A DNA stretch of 64,000 bases from a virus (IMGVR_UViG_3300035703_000016:32001-96000); one strand, 5' to 3'; numbered from the stretch's first letter, positions 48,397-59,090 are shown. Translations and numbers: made by a program. Notes: generated from the letters alone by a model not told the origin.

Positions 48397-49350
48397 TTAA
48401 AGTCCAGCTAATTTTTGCATTCTTGCTAGGAATGGATCTGATTCTACTGTATTGCCTTTAGGAGCTATTCCTGATGGTTTTGATGCAAATCCATAAGATT
48501 CTTTTATTACTTTTTTAGGAGCTGTTGAAATAGAGTCAATTAGGATGCTAAATGTATTTTTAGCTTCTTTAATTGATGTAGCTTTATCAAATGCATTTAG
48601 AACTTTTACTTTTTGAGCTTCAGTTAAAGATTTTGCTTTAAAGATTTTATTTACATAAAGCAATTTAGCATTCAATAGATTTATTTCATTTAATTCTGCT
48701 CTCATTGCTGCTATTGCTTTTTTAGCCTCTTTTAACTCTTTTGCATCTTCTTTTTTCTTAGCTTCGTCCATTGATTCAGATTCTTCACTATCGAGTTCTG
48801 CTAGTATTTCATCTAGAGATATATCATCTTCGGTAGTTTCAGTCTCAGTCTCTGTTGAAGCCGATGGAGTTTCTGAAGCCATTGCAGTTTTAATTGCATC
48901 TACTAAATCTCCCAATGTAATATCTACTACTTTTGTTTCCTCGGTTGATTCTTCTGTTTCTTCTTCAGTATCTTCTGATTCTTCATCATCCTCATCATCT
49001 TCTTTAGCTTCTTCTATTTCATAAGCTTCTTCTAATTCTTCTGTTGCTTCATCAACTTCGTCAAGTTCGCTTAATTCTGCTAAAATTTCATCTAGAGAAG
49101 TTTCATCGAGTTCATTAGGAGTAGCTTCTTCTGCAGGGCCTGCCATCTCAATTTCATCCATTTCTTCACTAGTTTCTTGCATTTCTTCGTATTCTTCATC
49201 TAATTCTTCTGATTCTACGATATGCTTTTTTAGCATTGCTTTGATTTTAGGCTCAAATGCCTCTTGGATTGATGCTTTTGCATTTGCCATTGCGCTTTCA
49301 CGAACTGCTTTTGCATCAGCAACAGCTTGCGTGTAAATGTTTTCTGTCAT
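48397..49350 (-). CDS. prohead core scaffold protein (gp22-like)
   Basis: Highly acidic; SLDEILAEL occurs twice; C-terminal RMQKLAGL; between protease and capsid genes. Confidence 0.85.
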   Translation of the reverse strand: MTENIYTQAVADAKAVRESAMANAKASIQEAFEPKIKAMLKKHIVESEELDEEYEEMQETSEEMDEIEMAGPAEEATPNELDETSLDEILAELSELDEVDEATEELEEAYEIEEAKEDDEDDEESEDTEEETEESTEETKVVDITLGDLVDAIKTAMASETPSASTETETETTEDDISLDEILAELDSEESESMDEAKKKEDAKELKEAKKAIAAMRAELNEINLLNAKLLYVNKIFKAKSLTEAQKVKVLNAFDKATSIKEAKNTFSILIDSISTAPKKVIKESYGFASKPSGIAPKGNTVESDPFLARMQKLAGL

Positions 49351-49376
49351 TTTTTGTTTTTTTTTGGAATCTTATA

Positions 49377-49461
49377 ATCGTTCATTAGAGGAGAAAGGGA
49401 ACGATATGCTTTTTTATTTCTTTAGCATCATATTTGGAGTGATGCATATATTCATAAATAT
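49377..49461 (-). promoter_or_regulatory. ATATTTAT motif plus structured ~100-nt leader of the scaffold/capsid operon
   Basis: Motif at 49454-49461; hairpins at 49425-49445 and 49377-49405. Confidence 0.5.
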
Positions 49462-49497
49462 ACTATTTTTTTCTAAAATTAGATTTTAGTAAAAATT

Positions 49498-51207
49498 TTA
49501 TTTTAAACAACAAACACCGCTCTGAAGACATATTATTTCAGAGATTAGTTTACTTGTTCTTGAATACTTATCGCTATATTCTATTGACTCTCTTAATCCA
49601 GGTTTTAATTCTGGTTTCATATAAGATCCAAAGTTACTTGGTGTACTTACAAAATCCCAACATATAATATCAAGATCATCTTCTACTTGTACAAGACCTT
49701 CACCTATTTGACTAACAGAGCCCATAGCTCTAGAAGATATGCCGATAGTTAATCCATTTTCAAATAATGTCTTTAATATATTTCCAGATGGAGTTGGAAG
49801 AATTTCTACTTTTCCATATAAATCTTTTCCATCCCACCAACATTCTACTATATTATGACTTACATTTTTTAAATTTATTGTTGAACAATTCCCAGATAAA
49901 AAAGATAATCCTTGATCTTTACAATAAAAGTTTCCGTTTTTGACTGTTACGCAATGAACAGTATCATCATAGTCGATTTCTTCTATTTTTAAAAATCTTT
50001 TATCTAAACATATTCCTTTTGTTTTTTTAGACCATAATCTATATAAAGTTTTTTTATTTTTTATTTCTATAGTATGTCCAGCATATTCATAATCTTTTTT
50101 GCTTATTTGTTCTTTTATATCCCCGAATTTTCCCGTTTTTATAAGAATTTCATTAAAATCTTCAATTAATTTATAGCTAACTGAAAATATAGAAGATCTT
50201 GTATTATTTGAAGTTGTAACATCTGACCCGTCTCCTAATTTAAACCAATCATACATTGCTAATAAAAGATCTGATGACGCATTCTTGTAATTATCTGGAA
50301 TATGTTTTGTATAAATATTTCCAAATTTTGATAAATATTGAGATAATCTTTTATCATTTGTTTGTACGACTGAGCATTTTTCAGTTTTTGAATATACTGC
50401 CCAATCTATGTCGTTACTCATTTTTCCTATCAGATCCATAAACTTATCTAGCTTATGTCCTTTATTTTGAGAAATTGTAACTACTCCAGTTTTACTAATT
50501 CCGCCTTCAGCTAAATAAAATCCTAAAAATGAAAACCAATCTATAGCTTTTATTACTAGAGGCTTACTATATTTTTCTCTATATATTTTAGGAACTCGAC
50601 TATTTTTTGAATATTCGAATGTTGGAATTGTTATAAAATCAAAATTTACTCCAGTCCACTTACCTATAGATTTTGGAATTTGATGATGAGAATAACTTTT
50701 TTTCTCATCATAAATATCTTGTATTGTTGCTTCTTCATACTTATCGTACCTATCTCTCAATATGAATCTATGATTAGGAGTTACTACTGTATCTATAGAT
50801 TTGCCTTTTAAAGAAAATGCTTTTCCTTTATATGGTTTATTTATTACTCTTTCTATAGGATTCCATTCATTTTGATTAGTCTCAGTATTTAAAGTCAATA
50901 CATTTTCTCCTACCGTAACGTCTTTGATATACTTCCATCCCGAATTTGTCAAAATCATAGCGCTCGGACGTAGGCACTCCGGATGATCTAGTTCTCCAAA
51001 TGCTCTTTTTTCACAAATTGGGCCATCTATATATTTTTGAACTTGAGATCTAAGTATATCAAATGGATATATTCTCCTATTAGCGTTAGGAACATCTGCA
51101 GATGACAATTTACCAATTACCATTAAATTGCCTCCACGAGATAATCCTTCTTTAAGATTACTAAGTGGTTTGAAAGTAGAATATTCTATTAATAATTGTT
51201 TACTCAT
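49498..51207 (-). CDS. prohead protease (T4 gp21-like) containing an intein
   Basis: NANRRIY, GELDHP, NVSH, TPSG, GISSRAMGS, WDFVS.PS. Confidence 0.93.
   Translation of the reverse strand: MSKQLLIEYSTFKPLSNLKEGLSRGGNLMVIGKLSSADVPNANRRIYPFDILRSQVQKYIDGPICEKRAFGELDHPECLRPSAMILTNSGWKYIKDVTVGENVLTLNTETNQNEWNPIERVINKPYKGKAFSLKGKSIDTVVTPNHRFILRDRYDKYEEATIQDIYDEKKSYSHHQIPKSIGKWTGVNFDFITIPTFEYSKNSRVPKIYREKYSKPLVIKAIDWFSFLGFYLAEGGISKTGVVTISQNKGHKLDKFMDLIGKMSNDIDWAVYSKTEKCSVVQTNDKRLSQYLSKFGNIYTKHIPDNYKNASSDLLLAMYDWFKLGDGSDVTTSNNTRSSIFSVSYKLIEDFNEILIKTGKFGDIKEQISKKDYEYAGHTIEIKNKKTLYRLWSKKTKGICLDKRFLKIEEIDYDDTVHCVTVKNGNFYCKDQGLSFLSGNCSTINLKNVSHNIVECWWDGKDLYGKVEILPTPSGNILKTLFENGLTIGISSRAMGSVSQIGEGLVQVEDDLDIICWDFVSTPSNFGSYMKPELKPGLRESIEYSDKYSRTSKLISEIICLQSGVCCLK
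49888..50976 (-). mobile_element. intein (363 aa) with LAGLIDADG endonuclease in the prohead protease
   Basis: HPE|CLRP...SGN|C junctions, VTPNH block B, FLGFYLAEG and KLGDG helices. Confidence 0.92.
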
Positions 51208-52232
51208 ATCTCTATTGTTTTCCCAGAATCATAAGCCTTTTTTATATCAGTTCTTGCTTGTCCAGGAATTTTATTTATTCGATTATAAATATCTTGATTA
51301 TGAGATGAATCGTTTGTTTTTGCTGTAACAGCTTCTTTTTTTATTTTTTTCTTTTTATTTAAAAGTCCGACAATCTTTTTGATTATTGCGTCTTTTTTCT
51401 CATCTAGATTGGATTCTGGCACTTTTGTTTCTGGAGCGGGTAAATTTGACTGTTCTTTAAAATAATTTAAAGCGTTTATTTGATAGTCTTTTTCTTTTCC
51501 ATCTTCATATTCTAAAGTTACTGTACTACCTACAATGCTTTTTACAATTCCATGTCCTTCAGGAGTATTTACTCCCTGTCCTCTTCCATACTGATGATGT
51601 GTGTCCTCATTTAGTTTTTTTTTAAACATAAATGATAAAAGAGATTCTATTACTTTTTCTCGTGTTTCTGGCTGCTTCATCTGATCAAGACCTTTATGAC
51701 CTTTCGCAGTTGATGACATCTCCTTGACACCTTTTGGTTTTCCTTTTTTATTTTCTGATTTAGATGATTTTACATTTGATTTAATTTTTTCTAAACCCTT
51801 AGGAGATTTCATTTGATGATTTGGATCTTTTAATTCCTTTTTTACAAGAATCATTTTTCTTTTATCATCTATTTTTTTAATTTCTTTTGAATTAGCTATT
51901 AATATATCATCGTAACATCTTGGATCTTTTTGTAATTTTTTAACTACTTTTTCTGTTACTTTTTGATATGTATCTGGATCTATAGAAGAAAGTTTTGATA
52001 ATTCAAAATTAACAGCTTTTTTTACTAATATTGGATTAAGTCTGTCTATTTGAAGATGTAATTCTTGCTGTTCTTTTACTATGCCCTTCTGCTTTAGCAT
52101 TTTTATTGCATCATCATAAGAAGTCAAGTTTGATATAAATGGAAGTTGAGAATCTTTACGAACTTCATATAAAAATTTCTCTTTTGATATGCTCCCCTCT
52201 CTATGCTTCGCAAATAAGTTTGCTGCTGTCAT
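51204..52232 (-). CDS. putative internal head protein (K/E-rich)
   Basis: In the head cluster; several (L/I/V)xE sites; ATATTTAT at 52250-52257. Confidence 0.5.
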   Translation of the reverse strand: MTAANLFAKHREGSISKEKFLYEVRKDSQLPFISNLTSYDDAIKMLKQKGIVKEQQELHLQIDRLNPILVKKAVNFELSKLSSIDPDTYQKVTEKVVKKLQKDPRCYDDILIANSKEIKKIDDKRKMILVKKELKDPNHQMKSPKGLEKIKSNVKSSKSENKKGKPKGVKEMSSTAKGHKGLDQMKQPETREKVIESLLSFMFKKKLNEDTHHQYGRGQGVNTPEGHGIVKSIVGSTVTLEYEDGKEKDYQINALNYFKEQSNLPAPETKVPESNLDEKKDAIIKKIVGLLNKKKKIKKEAVTAKTNDSSHNQDIYNRINKIPGQARTDIKKAYDSGKTIEI

Positions 52233-52264
52233 TTATTGTTATTTTGATAATAAATATTAGTGTT

Positions 52265-52789
52265 CTATCTTAATTTCTTTTGTTTGATGTAAATTTGTTT
52301 TATCATCTCTGTCATTTTATCCATTGACTTTTTTATATGAGATGTTTCATTTACCATTCCAGCAGTGGTTAGATCACTTTTTAAGGTAGCAAGATATTCC
52401 ATCATTTTATTTACTTCAGATAGTTTTTTTCTTACTATAGATACTCCAGCGTTTAATTGGCCAGCACTATTTCTTTCTCTAGCCGCTTTTTTAAATTTAG
52501 AGTAATTTTCTTTTAAATCTTCAAAATATCTTTCAGATTTATCTAATGCCTGAGCATATTGCATTCCGTGTCCAGAAGTAAAACTAGCGGGTCCTCCAGT
52601 AGTAGACATTTCTTCCATCGTATTAGGAGCATTTCTAATAATTTCTTTTGCTTGTTCTGCGGTTATTTGTCCTGATTCAACTGCAGATAGTAGCATATCA
52701 ATCAGCTTTTCTGCCATCTCTTGCTCTTCTGGAGTAGGTTGATTTTCATCTCCTCTCAGTCTATCTACCATTGATTGCATATCGCTCAT
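52265..52789 (-). CDS. putative prohead core protein
   Basis: In the head cluster; helical; LKE and VNE candidate cleavage sites. Confidence 0.45.
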   Translation of the reverse strand: MSDMQSMVDRLRGDENQPTPEEQEMAEKLIDMLLSAVESGQITAEQAKEIIRNAPNTMEEMSTTGGPASFTSGHGMQYAQALDKSERYFEDLKENYSKFKKAARERNSAGQLNAGVSIVRKKLSEVNKMMEYLATLKSDLTTAGMVNETSHIKKSMDKMTEMIKQIYIKQKKLR

Positions 52790-53634
52790 TTGTGTACTCT
52801 ATTTAGTTCTTCAATTAAATCAATATACTGTAAAAGTCCTGCGATTGTCTCGTCTTTTATTTTATTCACTGGTTGTACTAATTTTACTATCTCGTCTAAT
52901 TTTATCTTAACTACTTTATCTGTTACTTTTTTTGACAATAAAGTAATTTCAGATTTAATCTCATTTAATTGACTATTTACGTATTGATTTAATTTTGTAG
53001 TATCAGATATACTAACAATATAATTCTTTAGTACGTCTTTTTGTTTAGAAGATAGATTATCGTATTTTTGATTAAATTTTTCTACAAGTATTTTATACGT
53101 CAGTAATCTAATTTCTTTATCTTCTTGCATTAATTCTTCCATAATAGTCTTAGATACTGGCATATTGTCTAATTTTGTTTTAGTAACATGCTCCAATACT
53201 ACAACTTTATTTAAGAATACTTGTTTTATATCAACTTCTTTTGTATTTTGAGACTCTAAAGTATTATAAAGAGCAGCTATAGTCCTATAATTTTCTACTT
53301 TAGCTTTAAAAAATTCGTCTATGTCATAACTAGATTTAATCTCTTTTATAAGATTATACTTTAATTTTTGAATAGATTCCTTATTTAATTTTTTATATTG
53401 TTCTACTATAGTCTGTATCAGCATTTCAGCTTTTGATTCTGAAAGTTTAGGACTTGCTAATACACTATTATAAAGAGCATATTCTTTTCCAAGTTCTGTA
53501 TTTGTAAAATATTTTTTTAATATCTTTACAGCCTTAGATTCCTTATTCGCAATAAAATCCGCAGTAGTTTGTCTAACTAATAGTTCGAATAATATTCCAG
53601 GATTTCTATATTTTGAATGTCGCAATGATGCCAT
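52786..53634 (-). CDS. conserved head-cluster protein
   Basis: HSKYRN.GILFELL start; directly after the portal gene; ATATTTAT at 53655-53662. Confidence 0.55.
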   Translation of the reverse strand: MASLRHSKYRNPGILFELLVRQTTADFIANKESKAVKILKKYFTNTELGKEYALYNSVLASPKLSESKAEMLIQTIVEQYKKLNKESIQKLKYNLIKEIKSSYDIDEFFKAKVENYRTIAALYNTLESQNTKEVDIKQVFLNKVVVLEHVTKTKLDNMPVSKTIMEELMQEDKEIRLLTYKILVEKFNQKYDNLSSKQKDVLKNYIVSISDTTKLNQYVNSQLNEIKSEITLLSKKVTDKVVKIKLDEIVKLVQPVNKIKDETIAGLLQYIDLIEELNRVHK

Positions 53635-53674
53635 GAATTAATTCAGTTCTATCTATAAATATATTAATTTACTC

Positions 53675-56600
53675 TTAGACTATTTCTTCTTTAATATTTC
53701 TTTCGTCAAGTAAACCACCCTCTTGTGATTTTCCTTCAAATAAAGAAATTTTCTTTCCTTTAAACATTTTTTCAAGACCGTCTTTATTCTGCAAATACAC
53801 TGCCATAGTACTTTCAAAACTCAATGGTCCTCCTTTATACTCTACTTTATCTTCTCCTCTTTCAATACTTGATGACATTCCTTTTTTTCCAATAGGATCT
53901 CTTCCAAATATGCTTTTATCTGTTCCTATAATTGATTTATACTTCTCAGGTCTTCCTGGCATTTTGATTGGCTCATTTGGATTAGTTTCATTATATCCAG
54001 GCGGTACGTCTAAAGCAGGTTTTCCTCCATATAATCCAGCTATCTGAGATGGTGTTCCAAATGCAGTTCCAGACTCTAAAGGATCATTTCCTTCATTCTC
54101 TATTTGATCATATCTAAATTTAGTTTTCTTATCTTCTATTATCATATCTTCTAATTCTCCAAAAGAATCTGGAGATAGATGAAATACATTCTCCCACACA
54201 TACTCTTTTGGTAATATAGAAGCTTCCATTGCTTGAGCAGCTAAGTCAATTTTTTCTTTAAACATAGCTATTCTCTCTTGATCATATATTATAGAAGGAT
54301 TTGTTAGACTAAGACTAAAATTCGCCATTCCTTCATCTGTATATCCATTTGCATATAAATGTACTAAGGCTATTTTTTTTAATTCTGATACTACTATCCT
54401 CTGTAATCTTTCAACAGTTCTGGCGAACCTGATGTCTTCCGCAGCCAATGTCGAGTTTTTGATAACTATTTCATTATCAAGTAGATAGTTATGATTTTCA
54501 TTTTTATCATGAACTTCCATATTATAAGTATCAACTTTTTCAGAAAGCCACTCAACTTTAACCACTTTGTGATTATAACATACACCTATTTGTTTTTTAA
54601 AGTCTTCTATATCTAATCCATGCTTTTGTATTTGAGATTTTATAGATTTTCTTGTATATCCAGAAATACTAAAGAATTGATCTAAATCTTTACATCCATT
54701 AGCAATTTCTACTAATCTATTTATTCTTAGATTTTTAGGTCTTCCGTGTCTAAATCCTGTATACTGGTTTAAAAATTCTGTTACTGTATATCCGCAATGT
54801 TCTATAACTTCTTTTATAATTTGAATGCTATATCCAGATATTTTTCTAAAATCAACTATATTATCTATACTACCTTTTTCTCTTTGAGCAACCTCAATTA
54901 AATACTCTATAGTCGGTCTTTCAATCCACCTTACGCTATTTTCTTTATGCAAATCCGGTCTGCCATTTGGAAATTTATTTCTATATCCATCTAATAGAGC
55001 TTCATGAGAATTTCTCTGCCTATTGCTATTTATTATTTTTTGAGACCTTTCTTCACTATATCCAGATTTTATTATAGCTACTCTTTCATCATAAGTTTTA
55101 GATAGCCATGAATTTCTGAGTATATTTTTTAATTTTGGATTTTCATCCATTTGTTTTTTTCTTATTTCAGAATATTTTTTTCTATTTTCTGGTTTTCTTT
55201 TAGTATCTTTTGATTTTTGTATAGATTCAGGACTTTTGATAGTTTGTTCCATATTATTTGAATGTAATATAACATGGTCTCTCCAAGTCATTCTTTGAAG
55301 ATTGTCTGGATTATTGTTATATCTATTAAAGTCTTTATGATGAACAATTATTAATGAATTTCTATTAAATTTTCCATCTTCTGTTATTCCATTTGATGTT
55401 ATCTTTTCATTAAAATATTCGTCCACCATTTTGTGAGTATTTTGCCAAGTTTTTGAATATGGTTGATATATTCTCTCATACGTATTTGTATTTTTTCTTC
55501 CTATCTTGACAAAATCTTTTATTATGGTCCTTAAGCTATCTCCAGGTTTTAAATCTTGAGCTTCTACTCTAGTTCCATCTTCTAATAAAAATCCATGATC
55601 TGGTGTAGTAATGACGTAAGTGTCATTATCTATATATACTTTTACTAATTGAGCATTTAATCTTGTCTTTTGAGCCGTAACAATTTTTCCAGGAACTACA
55701 CTATTAGTTTTAAAATCAAAAGAATATGTCCATAGGTTTGATTGAGGATCTTTTTCGAAAATGTCAGATATTTCTTTTATTGTTTTTGTAGTTCCATTCA
55801 ACAAAGATATTTTTGTATCTGGATGGAGACATTTGCCCGTAAGGTCTTTTTCATATCCCATAAAAGCTTTAGGTATTTTTAAAGCCGCAAATAGTTTTTC
55901 TCTAAAATAAACTACGTCTTCTATGGCATTATACTCTAATCCCTTTGCTGTATCTATTCTAGTTGATGTATCGTTTCCTCTAACAGGCACAATAAAATCT
56001 TCTAGTAAATTTTGTTGATTATATTTTAAATTATATTGTCCAGTTTGAGGATCCATAAGAGGTGTTTTTTTCATCTTATTAATCATCCTCTGTACATAAT
56101 TTTCTACTTCATTTGGAGGTATTGCTCCAACGTTTGTATAAAAAATTCTTCTTTCTGGGGCTCTAGTTATTCTATGAATCAGCATAGCATCCTCTATCAA
56201 TGTATACTGCTTAAATAGCTTTCTTGCTGGTTCTAGATATGATCTACCATAGGGCAGATAATTAACGTCTCCAATTAGCCTAAAATGCGCCATTTCATAA
56301 TTATCAAACCATACTCCAGCATCTTGATTATTATAAGCTGATGTATAACCTGAAGTAGATGATAAAGCGGCATTTGGATCAAATTTAAATCTTACTTCAT
56401 TTGGGTTATTTGGATTAAATCCCTCTTGTCTAACTATATTGTATGCTGAAAATGGTATTACGTTATATACTCCAAATTTTTCTGAAATTTCAAGTTTAAG
56501 ATAAAAATCCCCGTACTTACACATATTTCTGATCCAAGACCATAGATTAAATTCTATATTTAAAACAGAATAAAATAGATTTTCAAGAATCTTTTGAATA

Positions 56601-56968
56601 TTTTCATCAGAAGATCTAATTGTTAAAACATGACCTTGATCATTTTTAAGTGTGGCCTCATCAGCTATAATATCCAAAGCTGACGCAATAATAGCGTCAG
56701 TATCCATTGCATCGTAATCTGCGTATATCTGAACTCTTGCTGATTGATAATTTTGAGCAAGATTCAAATTAACTCCGTATGCCGTAGATGTTGTATAAAC
56801 TTTATGAAATCTATCTATTAGACTATTCGTCTGAATTACTCCATTTCTTTGAGTTCCGTCAGTGTCCATAACCGACAATATATTCCCTCCGCCATTATTT
56901 CTTATTATAACATCAGTGCTAAATAGTCTACGTAGCGTAGAAAATATATTTTGTTGTATATCTGCCAT
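53675..56968 (-). CDS. portal protein (T4 gp20-like) containing an intein
   Basis: L.EDA.LIHRI.RAPERRIFY..VG, EDF..P.R, AL.IP, EDIRF. Confidence 0.95.
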   Translation of the reverse strand: MADIQQNIFSTLRRLFSTDVIIRNNGGGNILSVMDTDGTQRNGVIQTNSLIDRFHKVYTTSTAYGVNLNLAQNYQSARVQIYADYDAMDTDAIIASALDIIADEATLKNDQGHVLTIRSSDENIQKILENLFYSVLNIEFNLWSWIRNMCKYGDFYLKLEISEKFGVYNVIPFSAYNIVRQEGFNPNNPNEVRFKFDPNAALSSTSGYTSAYNNQDAGVWFDNYEMAHFRLIGDVNYLPYGRSYLEPARKLFKQYTLIEDAMLIHRITRAPERRIFYTNVGAIPPNEVENYVQRMINKMKKTPLMDPQTGQYNLKYNQQNLLEDFIVPVRGNDTSTRIDTAKGLEYNAIEDVVYFREKLFAALKIPKAFMGYEKDLTGKCLHPDTKISLLNGTTKTIKEISDIFEKDPQSNLWTYSFDFKTNSVVPGKIVTAQKTRLNAQLVKVYIDNDTYVITTPDHGFLLEDGTRVEAQDLKPGDSLRTIIKDFVKIGRKNTNTYERIYQPYSKTWQNTHKMVDEYFNEKITSNGITEDGKFNRNSLIIVHHKDFNRYNNNPDNLQRMTWRDHVILHSNNMEQTIKSPESIQKSKDTKRKPENRKKYSEIRKKQMDENPKLKNILRNSWLSKTYDERVAIIKSGYSEERSQKIINSNRQRNSHEALLDGYRNKFPNGRPDLHKENSVRWIERPTIEYLIEVAQREKGSIDNIVDFRKISGYSIQIIKEVIEHCGYTVTEFLNQYTGFRHGRPKNLRINRLVEIANGCKDLDQFFSISGYTRKSIKSQIQKHGLDIEDFKKQIGVCYNHKVVKVEWLSEKVDTYNMEVHDKNENHNYLLDNEIVIKNSTLAAEDIRFARTVERLQRIVVSELKKIALVHLYANGYTDEGMANFSLSLTNPSIIYDQERIAMFKEKIDLAAQAMEASILPKEYVWENVFHLSPDSFGELEDMIIEDKKTKFRYDQIENEGNDPLESGTAFGTPSQIAGLYGGKPALDVPPGYNETNPNEPIKMPGRPEKYKSIIGTDKSIFGRDPIGKKGMSSSIERGEDKVEYKGGPLSFESTMAVYLQNKDGLEKMFKGKKISLFEGKSQEGGLLDERNIKEEIV
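54455..55831 (-). mobile_element. intein (459 aa) with HNH endonuclease in the portal gene
   Basis: TGK|CLHP...IKN|STL junctions, TTPDH block B, HHKDFNRYNNNPDNL HNH motif. Confidence 0.92.
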
Positions 56969-56974
56969 ATTTTT

Positions 56975-58579
56975 TTATATTAACCAAGACAAATTTTCTA
57001 TAGAGCTTCCTCCTATAGTATTATTTATTTCCATTTGCCAAGGATTGCGATTCATAAAATTTGTTGTATTATAAACTTGAGTATCAGAAACTTTTTTCAT
57101 ACTGTCTAATGTTGCATATGTAAGACTTTCTGCTGTTCTTCTAAATCTAATTGAAGAATCTCTCATATACATTAGTATTGCAAATGACATTACTAAATCA
57201 TCATTGTATCCTTGTAGTGCTTGAGCTTTGCTATTTTTCCAAACAAAAACTCTTAATTCTTCTAATAGTCTAATTGATTTTATTTTAACTTGTTTTGTTT
57301 CTATAAAATCTCTCATTCTTTCAACTATTAGTGGTCTAGAAGCAGATGACATTGTAAATCCAGGAACTAAAGAATCTGTTGTTGCATATCTTTCTAATCT
57401 CTTTTCTTGATCTAGACTAAAATCTGTTCTATGCGAATAATGCAAATTTTGATATCCACTTTCTATTAAAGTCTGTAAAACGTCCCATCCTATATTCGCA
57501 TTTTCTACTGCCACAAGAGCATTATTATATTCGTAGGCAACTGCTAATATAGTTTTTGCATATTCTCTAGTATCGCATTGAGATTGATACTCTGCTACCT
57601 GAGTTAGTGTATCTACGTCTAAAACATGAAATGCTGAGTAATCTGCACCATCGCCTCTTGCCACGTCTGCGCATAGCAAATATGTTTTCATTGGACTTGG
57701 ATATTCCCATACCCATAAAGATTTATCTAATCCTCTTCTTTCTATTGGATCAGTAACTTGATTATCTTCATACCAAGTCAATACTTCTGGAATAATCACT
57801 GTATTACCAGAACTGGAAAAGTCTGTATCACACTCCTGTGCTGCCATTCTTATTCCTAAATCTTGATCTTGCTTGTCTCTCCAATTTTGATCTCTTTCAG
57901 GATGCACTGTCCATGGAAGAGAAACTGGAACGAAACTATTCTCTTTCTTTTGAGCTTTTACATATGTTTTATGGAACCAGTTACCGACACCATTTGGGGT
58001 TGATAGAGCAATACACTTTCCACCAGTAGCTAACGTTTGTTGAGCAGATCCAAATAATTCCTCTGCGTTATCGATAAACGCAGCTTCGTCCATTGCTAAT
58101 AAAGATACTGCTTCAGAACGAGCGGAATCACTTGCTCCAGAAACTGCTTTTATTTGAGATCCATTTGTTAATCTTAGACTTAATCTATTATCTTCTGTTG
58201 TTCCTATTTTTAACCAAGTGGGAAGATTATCATAAGCAAATCTAACTTTAGTAACCATGTTCTTAGCGGTCTCTTGCTTGGTAGCTATTACAAGTACATT
58301 TTTATCCTTATGAAATAACATTAGCCATAAAGCGTACGCTGATACTAGAGTTGATATTCCAAGTTGTCTCGATTTATTTATAATTACATTCTGATCTCCT
58401 GTAAATACTTTTAATACTAATTCCTGAAATGGGTATAAACTAAACAGCATTCTACCTTTTTGAGGATGCTGTATCATGTAATACTTCTTCATAAAATAAA
58501 TAGGATCAGTTGCACACTTCATGAACTCCTCTTTAATCTTATCTTTTATTGCTGTGCTCTTTAATACTACTTCAGACAT
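56975..58579 (-). CDS. terminase large subunit (T4 gp17-like)
   Basis: YPFQ, KSRQLGIS, MDEAAF, STPNG, ADVARG.G.D, VEN, DDLVM. Confidence 0.96.
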   Translation of the reverse strand: MSEVVLKSTAIKDKIKEEFMKCATDPIYFMKKYYMIQHPQKGRMLFSLYPFQELVLKVFTGDQNVIINKSRQLGISTLVSAYALWLMLFHKDKNVLVIATKQETAKNMVTKVRFAYDNLPTWLKIGTTEDNRLSLRLTNGSQIKAVSGASDSARSEAVSLLAMDEAAFIDNAEELFGSAQQTLATGGKCIALSTPNGVGNWFHKTYVKAQKKENSFVPVSLPWTVHPERDQNWRDKQDQDLGIRMAAQECDTDFSSSGNTVIIPEVLTWYEDNQVTDPIERRGLDKSLWVWEYPSPMKTYLLCADVARGDGADYSAFHVLDVDTLTQVAEYQSQCDTREYAKTILAVAYEYNNALVAVENANIGWDVLQTLIESGYQNLHYSHRTDFSLDQEKRLERYATTDSLVPGFTMSSASRPLIVERMRDFIETKQVKIKSIRLLEELRVFVWKNSKAQALQGYNDDLVMSFAILMYMRDSSIRFRRTAESLTYATLDSMKKVSDTQVYNTTNFMNRNPWQMEINNTIGGSSIENLSWLI

Positions 58580-58634
58580 ATTTACTCTTTTATTATAATC
58601 TATTTATTTGATCTTTTATAATTATTCTTTTTAG

Positions 58635-59090
58635 TTATGCTTCTTCTTGAGGAGTTTCTTCTTTTTCTGACTGTGACGGTATTTCTTCAGATCTAGATCC
58701 AGACTCTTCTTCTGGACCTTGAGATTGAGTTTTTTGTCCGTATCTCTGTAGTCTTGATATTGCCATCGTAGCCCTTTGAACTTCTCCTAAATTCATAAGA
58801 TAATATCTCTTACCCAATACAGTCGCTTCATATGCTTTTCCCATGAATGTCATGAAAAAATATTGACCATTTTTTAAAAGAATTTTGAATGTTGTTGGCT
58901 TTCCTGACATTATAAATATCCCAGAAATATACTCTTTAAAAGTATTTCCCATTATTATACTCAGATTATTATGAAGTCTTTTGTACTTCTTTAATATATA
59001 TTTCATAGGATCAGCTTCAAATTCTGGATTTGATGGAGCTTCATTTATTTCTCTTAATAAATTTTTTAGTATGTCTGTTAGCTTTATCAT
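58635..59090 (-). CDS. MIKL-leader protein, putative internal head protein
   Basis: Starts MIKLTDILKNLLRE. Confidence 0.55.
   Translation of the reverse strand: MIKLTDILKNLLREINEAPSNPEFEADPMKYILKKYKRLHNNLSIIMGNTFKEYISGIFIMSGKPTTFKILLKNGQYFFMTFMGKAYEATVLGKRYYLMNLGEVQRATMAISRLQRYGQKTQSQGPEEESGSRSEEIPSQSEKEETPQEEA

Noticed and set aside
48780-49110. SLDEILAEL repeat in the scaffold as a mobile or regulatory repeat
   Set aside because: A protein-level repeat typical of acidic scaffolds, probably capsid-binding or protease sites
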